Origin: Polymyxa betae A26-41
Lineage: Eukaryota > Protista > Endomyxa: Phytomyxea
DNA length: 64,000 bases
Direction of reading: 5' to 3'
Assembly (NCBI GenBank): GCA_003693705.1
Contig: RBZT01000588.1
Coordinates: 124,001 to 188,000 of the forward strand
In this document: one piece after another, positions 1 to 12,423 of the stretch
How positions within the stretch are numbered: the stretch's first letter is position 1
Layout: each line of letters starts with the position of its first letter
Position numbers and translations under genes: made by a program
The notes under the pieces: model-generated
What the model saw: the letters and a program-made list of their open reading frames with translations, nothing else
The model's database searches: none
Told to the model about the DNA's origin: nothing

Positions 1-1531
1 GGGTCAGGCAGCGGTCATGGCGTCGCGGTCGAATGCCTCTCGATGCTATGGCGGAACATGCCATTACAGCTACGGGAGCCAAATTGAATCCGGATTGGGA
101 TCACGCTCTATACCCTCCTGATCTACCAAATTTGACATACCCATCACTTTCCGAGTTTCGTTTGGGACATCCAATGAAATTTCCAGCATCGTTTGCCCAA
201 AGCGAATCAGAACGAAGCTGCCTCGATCGAATCCTGGCAGTATTATCGCATCAGTAGGTGATGATGCCTGATTTCCACCGAACTAAGTAGCTGAAACAAT
301 CTTTTCAGAAATCCAGATCTTGAACATTGTCCGCTTTTGGTGTTAATCATGGCATTGATGCTGAAATTCACTGATTCCTCCCGGTACTGGTAGATCTTTG
401 TTCATGCATTCCGTTATATGTGCTTAGAGCTTATGCGGTTGGTCAAGCAATGATCGATAAATCACGAAGATCGGCAAACACAGTATGGCTGTACTTTCCT
501 ATCACAGTCCATGGCTTTATTCAAGCCGTTTCGGCACTTCAGCAGCTGTGTAAATTCAAAGGAAATTCTTCCGTTCTTTGTCCATTATTATCTGGCGAAA
601 TGTTCGCACATTTCCCTTTACATATTCAATTACAGATCCTGGCTTGCTATTTCGCAGAGGGATATAAGATCATGTATCGGATGGCAATTGTCTGTATGGA
701 TGAATGCAGATTTTCAAACAACGATAACGTAATTAGCGTTTATAAGTTGTGGTCATCAAAATCTGAAAGTGATTAGTTCTACTATGACGAATTACTGCAT
801 TATTGCTCGAACGTCTCTTTAGACAAACAGTTGAAGCGAATGTTTCGGTACAGGTTAAGTCGTTCGGAGATTGCATTTTTCATTGAAAGCGCTGTCGTGA
901 AGTATGATCAAAGGCATGAGATAGATCACCACCGCCAAAGAGTTCATTGGCCCGTTATCGACAACATTCGTTCTACTTCCCATATTATTTCAGTTCAGCT
1001 TTGGATCAATATTTGGGCTCATGTGCTTCCTTCACGATTAGTCCATTCTGTTCCTGCGTTAGCTTTCTGCACAGCAAGAGATGGTTATTCGTATTTAACG
1101 ATGCTCCGAAGAGCAGGAGATGCACATGCACCATGTTCCGTTGTCCTAGCTGATGATATCAATAACGTGCTAGGCATATTCTTGCCTGCAGGCTTACAAT
1201 CGGGACTTTCCAATGGTTCAGAAGCAGTAATATTCTCTCATTTTGGGAAGTTCCACTTCTGGCATCTTTCTGATGAAGAAAGCGAGAACAATGCGAGTTC
1301 AATCTTTTGCAAATTGGACAATTCATTGTCTTTAATAATAGGGTATGCAGCTGGTAACAACAAAAGGGAAGCTGGCTCAATGTTGAACCTAGGAAAAGAA
1401 TGATTCTATCTATATCAGAAGACATGTCAACGGGTGTTGCGAATTCTGTCTTCTTTTCTCCAAGCATAGATAAGACGAGTGAATCCAAAGAATTCAATAT
1501 CAATCATATCGAAATCATTTCTCATTGTTAA
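1..1531 (+). CDS. TBC (Rab-GAP) + TLDc domain protein, TBC1D24/Skywalker-like; multi-exon, 5' end probably outside the window
   Basis: TBC-like helices (ILAVLSHQ/NPDLEHCPLL; ILACYFAEGYKIMYRMAI) are followed by TLDc hallmarks: LAFCTARDGYSYLTMLRR, GSEAVIF, and a spliced C-terminus SISEDMSTG...EFNINHIEII ending at TAA 1529-1531. Confidence 0.7.
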
Positions 1532-1574
1532 AGATGTTTGCCTTACAATCTACACCGAAATCGAAAATTTTACT

Positions 1575-4500
1575 TCATAACGCAAACATGTCATCGATGT
1601 CATTATCGGCATCAACTTGAGTAAGGGTCTTCAGCGGTTGAATGCGTTTGCACTCTACTTGGCTGGGAACTCTATCAAGCTGAAAATGATCAATCCATGA
1701 CCAAGGGTCTTTTTCGTTATCCTGTTCCTGGTCGTCGAGTTGACAACAATTTTGCTCACCGGACTCATTCTTGAGCTTTGACTTTGTCGGCAAAAACGAG
1801 TGCGAATGACTGTCCGGTAACGATTGGGTGACAACTCCAACCTCTTTTGGATTCGAATCATATTTGGAAATGGGTGAAGGAGAAACGAAGGGGCAAGGAG
1901 GCGAGCTCTTGTTTACACAATCGATCTCGTTTAACTCTGCCTCATCTATAGATAAAGGCAAAGGAGAATCAAAAGAAAATGAACTGGAAGAGACATCCCT
2001 TTGAATTTCTGGAACCTGATCAAACTGAAATGGAGGAAATCGCCCAGCAACCCACATAGCGTATTGAACCACATTGCGCCATCTTTTATGGCAGATTCAG
2101 TAAAATAACGAAACGTTAATTCAACTAAAATTACAAGTAGTCGCTTTGCAGTACAGGTGATGATCCAACGATAATCATATGCCGCTGAAAAAAGGGTTAA
2201 AAAATGTCCCAGAAATGTGACTTGTGTAAACACACCTTTGCCCGTGACAGGGCTACATTAAGGCGATAAGGACAGTTGATAAACCCAATCCCAGCTGAAC
2301 GAACAGTTGAGAGAATTATTATGTCCTTCTCAGACCCCTACAAACCAAGCAATTAAACAAAAAATACTTTAAGAATTACGGGTTGCTACTTGGAAAGCGT
2401 CAACAGTTGATATTTGGATATTTACATCTTTCTTGCAATCTAGCTCACTCACAGCAGTTTTCAAGTGATGCTCTTGGGACTTGTATCTAGCGAAAAATCA
2501 ATTCTGTCAGAAAGGACCGTGATTCAAGTAACTGGACGTACAAAGCAATTATACCAATCGTGAAATTCTCAGTATCTATAACGGAAGCAATTTGCTTGAC
2601 TATTCGACATATAACAGATACTTCGCCTTAACCATAATGAGGGCATACTATTCGTCAACTATAAAAATAACACTTTACCTGAATTGTAAAAAGATCCTCC
2701 AGGCGCGATAGCTTGATTAGAGCATCTCGATAAATCAATGAAGGCCAGTGGAGGCAAGCCAGAAATAATCGCTCCACGATCAGAAGCCAGGCAACCATCT
2801 TTTAGAGCAAAATGAATTTCCGGGAATATCAATCACGATAGAAAACCTTGAAGATTGTTGGAGTAAAACAATTCATTGCAAACTCTACTCAAAACCGGAT
2901 GGCATCTATACTGACAGCGGCATTACTATTAGTAAAGCTCATTGAGAACGCGGCTTACCTGTCGAGTTAACATGATGGGGTCGACTCCAGCGTGTTGTAA
3001 GCGAACAAACAACGTTTTCTTCAGACCGATTAAATCTTTTGGCGGTGCACCAGCTGTCGAGCGTAAAGTAGGGGGAAGTTGCATGGGATCCCTTTGCAAC
3101 CTTTATCGAACATCAGATAACCTTCGTAATCATTTACCCGACTAAAACTGAGAATCGAGACCCGAACTTCGTTAAGGGAAGAAGGCTCATGGGCTAGCAA
3201 GTCATCAGCAAACTAGGGACATAGTAACGCGCGAATGCAGACCTCTGTCATTTGGGAGCATTCATCAAGAACTACCACAGAGAACTGAGTTTCCGAAAGC
3301 ACTTCTACTACAGATGAGGCGCAAGTGACACCTTTTCGGGTTGCTCATCGCAAGAACGATTAAACGGTATTAGCCTTACCGACAACTAACATGTTCTTTA
3401 ACCGCTCGGCACGTTGTTGTGTTCTCTGAGCAATGAGTTCGTTGTAAGCTTCACTCACATATGCCCTGTCGGACCCGGTCAGTTCTGGATCGTTCAGCAT
3501 TTCCCGGTATGCTGATATGGCGGTTTTATCGCCATCTTCTTGATCGGATGAATTCTCGTTCCTTTCGATTAGACTCAAAATAAGTATCTCCTGCTAACCA
3601 AGACAAATACCAATGCAAAACATGTTTTAAAATAGGCTTGGCGATTTTCTTCACGGATCCGACACGAGCGAAATCGGTAAATCCATGGTCTTTGAGCCCT
3701 AGAAGGATTCTGTCGACTTTGCGACTTGTTAGTGTTTATCTTACTAAAACTGAGCCTCATTACCTGCCACGTTCGTTAGTGAGGCAATTAGAATCCGATG
3801 AGTGCTTTCAGGGGAATCAATAAATATTCTAGATAAGAAAGAAATAATAGCTGCTAATAAATGACTTTTGCCCTAGAGCATTTCTGAATAAATAGTAGTT
3901 CTGGTCTTTTCAAGAACTGACTCACAGCACCAAAGACGCCATGAACCAGAACCACAGTCTTCGGGTATCCGCAACTAGGATCGACCCAAGAACGAACTTG
4001 ATTTAATACTGCCTTCTGATCTGGATTCAAAACAAACTCCTAGAGGGTCTAGGTCAACTAAACCCAGCAGCGCATTGGATTCTTACATGACAGATGGCAT
4101 CAAAATGTGCAGTGACTTGTGTTTGGGACAGCACCACTTCCAAAGGTGTTCCAGAAACGGTAGGATTGGATGGGTTTTGAATGTATCGGAACAGCTCTCC
4201 TGCGTTAGGGGACCTTATGGATTGCAGATAATCCAACATAATGACTTCACTCTGGACGTTGCCCACCATTATAGCGAACAAATCTTCCTGTGACCCTGAA
4301 CAGCCATTATAATTTGATACCTTCTAAGCACGAGATGTACCATGGGACTTGACCGCAGCAGGTGCTTTCATTCCAGGAAAAAGTTGAAGTTCGAGCATCC
4401 CTGATTTTGATGGACCGTGGTACCTGGTATCACTAAGAATGTGACAAAATGAACTGAAATAATGTACTTAGCATATGTGATTATGATCCAAAATTTAGAA

Positions 4501-6116
4501 TTTTCCGCTTCAAAGGAAGGTGAATTTGAGACAATCCAACAGTCATAAAGAGAGAATGTCGAAGGCGGTGCTCTTTTTTCAGGCAATCTCAGAAAAAGAC
4601 GCATTTTGCTTTCATCTCGGATAGGGACATTGGATCCAGGTTGCTTGGGAAACTGCTCTATCAAATGAACAAGCAACAGTAAAACAGCTTGAATTATTGA
4701 GTTACCTGACGGATAAGCTGACAGCCAGCGTAATAAAGCAAGCCAGATTTCTGGAAAAACGATGCCCGCTTTTGATGGGCTTCGAAAGGAATTGAAATGT
4801 TTGAAACAGATTGAACGCTGGATATAGCGGCATCCTTGATCGCCGTGAGCATCGATAAAGTTAGTTTGCAACTGATACCTTCGGAAATTGATTCGAGCAC
4901 TGTCTGAAAGGACAGCAAAGCGTCTCGTTACTCGCGTTCGTATCTTTTGTGGTGGATGTACGTGGTAGGCATAGTGCTTAAAGATTGTTACAGAAGGCTG
5001 ACTCGATGAGGCGTGTTAAAATATTACTGCTATGCTGAGGGCATCGAGGTCGCGATTTGTGTGTGCCGTGAATTTCTCTGAAAGGAGAACCTTGAATGTC
5101 GGAAATTCGCCAATATTGATGGCAGAAGATCGACGCTGCATCATCTGTCTGTCGTCTTAGATACAGGAATCACTGGGGAGAGTGTATTACACAGCATGCA
5201 ATTGATTTCAATAAAAAGGACAGCTTTAAATAACCCGATATACTCACTACCATTAAGAGTAAGTGTCACTTCTAATAAAAATCTCATAGCATACTTTGGG
5301 CTGGTGAAAGTATTGGGAATTGATAGATCAGAAGCCGAAATCATGCATTTAAGGCTCTTTAATGAGATGCGGTTGCTCAGCTGTTCCAAGCAACTTTTCG
5401 CACCAAGAAAGGTAGGTTTATCCACTTCAGAACGTTGAAACCGTGGTTGCTTTCGCGAAACTGTATTTGCCTGATGCTGAGCATCAAATGCTCTCTGATA
5501 CCATCATTAACAGAAATTGGATTTTTTTGGAAAGTCTTACTGATCGACTAGGCTGAGTTATGCGACTATGGATGCTTCCTTGGATACCAGCTGACAGTGA
5601 ACGAGATTTCTGTAATTTAACTGTGTTGTCTCCTGAAAACGGTTTTATGCTTTTGGCACTTGGTTTGGCAACACAACTTCTTAAATGAGGATTGACATTT
5701 TCTGAGGACAGAGCTCGCTGAGGTTGTTCAAACTATGTAGGAATTGTGATCAGACGCTAACAGTATCATATAAACTGACTTCATCAATGATATCATCGGG
5801 ATCTACAAGAAATCCTGGAAGTTCCATTACTGAGCCAGATTCAATCGATCGTTGATTGCCGAGAAACATCTCATCTATTGCCGATTTTGAAGGCCGCCCA
5901 TCTTCGTCAGCAAACAGCTGAACCTAAATCGCCTTCAAAACGTGTCGAACAAAGAGCCTAAGATATAAAACCTTTCTGTTGTTGACCTCCAGAAATCCAT
6001 CTTGCCATACTTTGCGTTTTTGGACCTGAAATTATTGAATGACAAGCAGGTGGAACACAGAAAGCTACTGCACTGACCTTATGCTTTGTATATACTACCC
6101 TCCATCTTGTGGCCAT
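1575..6116 (-). CDS. ZGRF1: ZGRF1-like SF1B (DNA2/NAM7) DNA-repair helicase with N-terminal DUF2439
   Basis: Spliced N-terminus [13 protein letters not shown]|[12 protein letters not shown] (DUF2439). Helicase motifs VLVHGVFGA|[21 protein letters not shown]|DPMQLPPT and STVDAFQ|[13 protein letters not shown]...LNVALSRAK. Confidence 0.9.
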
Positions 6117-6258
6117 TGCTATAAGCTCACAGAAATAAGTTATAAACGGTCAATTAGATTGCAGAGGCGACCCCCTCAAATCATCAATGATGTAACGAAC
6201 TCAGCAGTCAGCAGTTTGCGCGATAAAACGAATGGGTCGCTATAGTGTTTATTCAGTT

Positions 6259-6702
6259 TTAGCAGTCTTTTATCGCCTCGTTGCTCAGCCTGCGCTTGTT
6301 CAAGTTTTGCGATTCTCGTTTCAGAACATGCAGTAGCGTTTGAGAACTTTCCAAGATCTACAAAAACTTTATCATCGTTCAAGTTTGCCGTGCTGACTTT
6401 ACCTTGTTATATGCGCCTTCGGTCTCCTGAATAGTTCGATCATATTCGCTAATGGCTTCAGCTTTCCTAGCAATGCTTTCGCTCAGCTTGTGGTATTTGT
6501 CTTGCAGCACCTGCAACTCTCTATGTATTACATTTTTGTCGCGCTCCTCTTTGGCCATTGCCTGGTGGACACGATCTCTCTTATCTTTCAATTCCTCAAT
6601 ACCTTTTATCCAAGTTAATTATTTCAAAGTAAGACAGCTGCCCAGAATACATTTGGCCAACTCTGTATTATAAGTCTGAAGCGACGCTCCTTGGAATGCC
6701 AT
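6259..6702 (-). CDS. SSNA1: SSNA1/NA14/DIP13 microtubule/centriole coiled-coil protein (3 exons)
   Basis: MAFQGASLQTYNTELAKC...EYDRTIQETEGAYNK|ILESSQTLLHVLKRE matches the SSNA1 consensus. Confidence 0.93.
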
Positions 6703-6862
6703 AGTTATATTTTAATACCCTGAATACAACAGACAATTATTTCATCACAGAATCAGACTGCACTGTCCATTTTCGGTCACAGATATGGGATTTTTTTATA
6801 GAAAATTTGTTATCATGTCTTTTTGCGGAATCGAAGCCACTTCTGCGTGAGAATCTGTAACG

Positions 6863-8072
6863 ATGGCCGCCAATGTCATCAAACTGGCTCAGCGTTCGAA
6901 AGGACCTTTAGGCCATGTTCCAGTTTTGCTATCTCAAGTTAGCTCGCTTATTTGCGGACAAGTAAATTCTGGTAGCCCATATTCTTTGTTAGATGCAACA
7001 ATTGGCTTGGGTGGTCATACTGCCCATCTGTTGGAAAAGGTGTTTAGGCGTTTAGATATTTCCTTTCTAAATTAATGCTTGTCTAGTTTCCATCCCTAAA
7101 TCTCGTCGTCGGTATTGATCGTGGTATAATGAATCGTTACGAGATTTAGTTGCACTCTCAAACAGCTCAACATAGATGCCGAAGCCCTGCACAATTGCAA
7201 GCGAAAGATGGAGGACAAATTCCCGGCTGCTGAAATTCATTTAATCTCAAAGCAATCTGAATCAAATCTTGATGCTACCGTTCAAGCATGTAACAAGCGT
7301 CGTATTATACTCGTGCACGACAAATTTAGCAATATGGATATCGTTATGAAGAAAGTCGGTATTGAAAGAGTTGACTGCATGTTAATGGATCTTGGAGTAT
7401 CTTCCCTGCAACTCGATAAGCCGGAGCGCGGATTTGCTTTCAGATTCGAAGGTCCTTTAGGTAATTATCAGATCAGGTCTTTGCTTAACATATACGCTAA
7501 CGATGTCTCAAGATATGAGAATGAATCAAGAAAGTGGAGAAATGACTGCTCTTGAGTTTATCGCCAAATCAAACGCCGAATCTTTAACAGATATAATTCA
7601 GCGCTATGGAGAAGAGCGCTGGGCTAAACGCATTGCCGAACGAATTGTTCAACAGTATGCTATTGGGCAGCTGAACACAACGGTTGATCTGGAACGTATC
7701 TGTTGGGAAGCCTATCCCAGTGCTTCCAGGCCCAAGCTAGGAAAGGTTCCGGATGGTCGAAAAAGGAAGGCAATTCATCCTGCTACAAGAACATTTATGG
7801 CGCTACGGCTTGCCGTGAATAACGAGCTGACATTGCTGGAATCTGTTCTAAAGAAGATTCGTTCAGGTCTCATTGCCCCTGGCGGGCGATTGGGAGTTAT
7901 CTCTTTCCACAGTTTAGAAGACCGAGTGGTCAAACATACGATGCGTTCATGGAAAGCGAATGATTTACCCTGCCATATTATTACAAAAAGACCCATTCAA
8001 GCTGACGATTCAGAAATTGCAGAAAATCCTCGAAGCAGGAGCGCTAAATTAAGGGTTTGCTCATGGCTGTAA
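6863..8072 (+). CDS. METTL15: RsmH/MraW-family rRNA N4-cytosine methyltransferase (mitochondrial METTL15-like)
   Basis: HVPVLL, DATIGLGGHT, GIDR|D, DLGVSSLQLD...RGF, DMRM, YGEE, HPATRTFMALRLAVNNEL, VISFHSLEDRVVK and NPRSRSAKLR. Confidence 0.93.
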
Positions 8073-8135
8073 TAATACACAAACATTTTGTGGACCAGAT
8101 GGTGTGTATTTGAGGGACAAGAGCTGCAAAAGGAT

Positions 8136-10807
8136 TTATGCTGCTTTGACAGCTGTCACTTTCTTGAGGCGTTTATCAGTGGCAAATTCAGGAGACATTG
8201 GCGAAGTTAATGGAAGACGGCTTTTGACAATTTGAAAGCCAGAAGTCATTTTGAACGGCCGCGCCTTAAAAGCGACTAGATCTAAGGATGCCATTAAGCT
8301 TTCCAATTCCGCCTTCTCTTTATCGCGTCTTCTAGCTTCTCTTGCCGCCTCAGCTTCTCGGTGTTGCTGGTCGACTTGACGGTCAAAGTTCGCCCTCTTA
8401 AAAAATGCATTCAGAAAAGAGACAGCTTCTAAACAATGCTTACTTTCACGGCGCGTTCTTCAGAAACCAGGTGGAAAGGTTCTGGGACTATTGGTTCATG
8501 ATGCACCGAAAGTGGAACAAAGGGTTCCTTGACCGTGTGCAAAGGCACTCTGGCTTTGAAAGACGAGAACAGTTCATTCTCTTTTTCGCGTTCTTCTTCC
8601 AATCTCTATTAGACATTGAGCAATAAAGACAGACATGACAGACGGTGTGATATACCTTATGCAACGATTCCTTGATTTTCTTGCTGATTTCTTCACTCTT
8701 CAGGCTGAACGGTTTTGGTTCTGTTACAAGCACTGGCCCATGTTGAATTTTCATGGGTGAAGCAAATATGAGCGGCTTGGCTTTGTAGATTCTCAAATTC
8801 TCAGAAGCCTTTTCCTCAGCAGAGAGTTGTCGCTTGAATTGCTGCTGCTTGATGATCCCCCTTTCTTCTGTCTTTAATGGAAATGGTTCGGGTTGCGTTG
8901 GTGCACGTGCAGAAACCAGTGGCATCTAGCGCATGACAAAACACAATTGAATACATCAAAACAAAAACAACGCCTTTATATAGCTTAGCTGACTTTAGGG
9001 GTCCGTGAAAAATCAGGCATTGGGCGAGCATGAAAGACAGGCTCTGGTTCAATTTTGACAGGTGACACCGCTCGTAGCTTAGGCTTGCTTATACGCGGTG
9101 ACTTTGGAATGGTGGTGCTTCGGGATGGGGCTGTTTGAGGACGTCTGGGAGTTGGCTTTAATACAGCTTGCGGGACCTATTGAGGCCAATTTTAGCAACG
9201 CCAAGGAGATAAAAGTGTGACAAACAGTACCGGTCGTGCTTTAAACTGGTGAAATTCTTCAGTATCAAATGTAGAAGCTGATTTTGGTCGAGCAGTGCTC
9301 GATCTCTTGCTAGTAGCAAAAGAAAACGCTTCGGTGACAGTTGCTGACTTCTTATGGATTCTTGGGACGCCAACATCTCCGGTACTAGATTCTCTCTTAG
9401 CAACTAAAACTTCAGAGGAAGAGTATGTTTAGAAGAAACCTTTGCAAGATTTTCTTGGGCATTTTGCGAGCTTTAAATTGTGAGTGCTGCTTAATTTCAA
9501 GCAGCTCTTTTTCCTCTGTACTTAAAATTTTGGAAACCGAACGGCGAGGTGTAGATAAATGAAACTCTTGGGGAAGCGTCCGAACTGGAAGTGAACGCTC
9601 GCGACCTGAAAATACGTCAGATATCGACGATAAGATTCCATATAAAACGTACTTCTTGACTCAGATCGGTGCGCAAAGTATGAGCCGGTTTGGACTGAAA
9701 GAGGAGTAAAAGGAACGGAGCCGGAGCAGGTTTTTTCAGGCTGTACCCGTAGAGAATTAACAGACAACGATCGGCTGCGGGAGCGAGGTCCAGCAAAGCT
9801 GTGATTGGGGGACCTAATTTTTTCAGATCGAGTTCGGGACCTGCCTCTGTCATTGATAGGCAGTTCTGCAGCTGAATGAGACGATCTTAGAATTTTTCCA
9901 GGCTCTGCTCGAGCGGAATCTTTGATAAAAGCGAACGGTTTTGGTATGGTACTTTTTCTCGAGGTTCTTTTTGGAACAGAAGCAATGCCTTCCGAAACCG
10001 AAGCTTGGAGCATTCGCGCTTTGTTCTTTTCTCGTAGAGCAGCAGCAGCCTGCATTTCATTGCGAATCTTCTCTAATTCAAGCTCTTCTGAGCTCTTTGG
10101 CAGCGGGTGCCGTGAGCCTTCAAGTCCGAATTTTCCCTCAGAGGGTGGCACCAGCATGACAGACTTCTTTGTTTTAGCTTTGATTCCTATTAGAAATCAA
10201 ACACATGAAAACCGAATTGAAAACGATGTCTTACTTCCACTTGGTTCTGGTTTCACTCTATCTTTGTTAGTGCCAGTCTTACGACTTCGCATGAATCCTG
10301 GAATTTGATTTTCCTTTTTCCCGATTTGGGATTGGCCTTCAGACATTCCCAATCGCTCTGTATCAAGGACAGAATGGGTTGGAACTCTTAAGCCTGGAGA
10401 TTCAGGCATCTTCGTTATCGGCTGTGGTCCATCTTGTTGACATTTGGAAGCAGGCGCTGCCGACACCATTCAATGAATCTGCAATCAAACAATTTCTGAA
10501 AATCCATACATTGATTTTCTGAAACATCGCCTGACTTGCTTTCTGACCGCCCTTCCTCAGAGATGCTTTCGGCTTCAAGGATCAGTGCAAGCTCACCTGT
10601 TGTGGTGATACGGGGCTTGCATATAGTAACTCGTCTCCCATCTTCGAAATATGACTCCGCGGCGATAGGGTCGTCTCGAGCATTCGTGAAATCGTGAAAC
10701 TGAGGTGCATTGAATTCGTACACAGGGTCTATGCTGGGACGCGGCAGCCGCCAAGGGACTGCATTAGCGTCCTCCGGTTTACTAACTTCAGTTGTATTTG
10801 AAGCCAT
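8136..10807 (-). CDS. TPX2: TPX2 spindle assembly factor
   Basis: N-terminal Aurora-binding motif IDPVYEFNAPQFHDF, KSSEELELEKI, repeated T-x-P-x-PF motifs (TIPKPF, TQPEPF, TEPKPF), FKARP and C-terminal LTSPMSPEFAT. Confidence 0.88.
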
Positions 10808-10940
10808 CGGCTATATGTAGAGACTCAACCAACAGAAAATTCGAAGAGTTGCTAAAGAGAGACAGTTTTCGTCGCAGCCTCCAACTCTGTGGAATTGAAC
10901 CAATCCTTTATGATAAACCAACATCCGTTTAAATCTGCGC

Positions 10941-10972
10941 GGAACCCGCGCCAATTTTTGGGCGCGGTTTCC
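10941..10972. promoter_or_regulatory. Inverted pair of E2F-like sites upstream of TPX2
   Basis: GGAACCCGCGCCAATTTTTGGGCGCGGTTTCC is an imperfect palindrome containing TTGGCGCG (minus strand) and TTTGGGCGCGG, about 135 bp upstream of the TPX2 ATG. Confidence 0.35.
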
Positions 10973-11385
10973 ATCGGCCTCAGGCACGACTCAAGTCTGA
11001 TTCTGTTTAAATCTTTTGTCTTATGTGGCTGGCTGGCACTGTGCTTTAACTGCTTGACAGTCAGCCAGTTTCGACTCGCACGATATTTTCCGCACGGCTT
11101 GGCTTTATGGCAAATGGATTGCCTAGAAATCGAATTCGATTTGAGGACTATGCTTATATGATCCTCGATGAAACTTGTTTATATTTAATGTTTATGGTGC
11201 AGCGATGCCGGCATTTGTTCTAATCATTTATATTCCCGCCAATTAAGCAATACAATAATGAATCCAAACATCTGCAATTGAGTTGGTTTGGTGTGTCGCA
11301 TGCCATCCCTTTCGAGGCACCATTTATCCTTCAAATTGCTGGTTTGCTTGACAGACGAATGATTTCTTCAGGGCGAACTATCTGG

Positions 11386-12169
11386 TTAGTGTGATTCCTG
11401 GGATTCAGATCTATCTTCTTCCAGACTAAACTGAACATGCTTTTTAGAAACCTTGTTTCTAACCGGGGATCCGCTTGGTATCAAGATTGGCTCCGATTTT
11501 GTTAATTGAATTACTTTTTGTTTGTTTGAGCGGGCTGGTTCTAATTCAGGCTCGATGAATTCTGGCATCTCAATGTCTTCTCGGCATCTCTGCACAAGTC
11601 GCTCCAGTCTATATCTCGACGATGGGCGTAATGTGATGCTTTTTATCACACGGAAAATGCCTTTTTCGAAACTGGATTTCAGGTGTTTGAAAAGATAAGG
11701 GTTAAAAGTAGGATGTTGGTGAATATTGCGGATTAGGTCAGCAGCCAATTCTAAAAGGAGAACGTCCGAATCAGAATCTACCAGCGTCATAGCTGTGCAT
11801 GAGATTGCATATGCATCTCTTTCCAGCGAAATCACGTTCACCTAGCCAGGATTCAATTGAGTCCAGAACGGATGGAGCAATGGTTACGCTTTTCGAGGCA
11901 CAGAGTGCACAAACTCGGAATGCAAATTCGTCGCCTAATCCAAGCTGCCAGAGATATTCTGTATAGGGACTACATTGTTCGCAGACCAGCCTGCCGCATG
12001 ATCGGCAATGATGGCGCCGGTTTACAATCGAGAATGGGATTTCGCATTCAGAACAGGACCGCCGATTGAAATTGTTTTCCCAAGGCACCAGCAATGATTT
12101 GGATTGAACCTGTCGGCAATGTGAGTTAGCTTCTGACATGATCTGAATGGTTCGCTTAACTGCTCCCAT
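11386..12169 (-). CDS. FYVE zinc-finger protein with helical C-terminal region
   Basis: PWENN...CSECEIPFSIVNRRHHCRSCGRLVCEQCS...RVCALC is a canonical FYVE finger. A spliced downstream helical exon follows; the 3' end is approximate. Confidence 0.8.
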
Positions 12170-12423
12170 TGTCTATCCATCCACATGATCACAACAAGAC
12201 ATCATAATCAATCCATTTGCAATTTGAGAATAAGAGAAGATTTGCTCGTCAGGCCACGGTCGATTTATATCTCGAATCAAATGTACTGAAAGGACAACTA
12301 ATATCTGTCAATGAATCTTTTAGTTGTGACGACAAATCATATTGGCAAATCAGGCCAAGCGTAAAGGCACATGGCCATTAAATTGCAGCAGCCTTCAAAG
12401 GGCGTCTGAACTCGGAAACACAT

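Noticed and set aside
254-308. Intron containing GTGATGA and CTGA (C/D boxes)
   Set aside because: The intron is only about 55 nt, has no terminal stem, and the CTGA is likely the branch point.
11143-11175. GACTATGCTT...GATC resembling the U3 snoRNA 5' end
   Set aside because: Box A and the downstream U3 boxes are absent.
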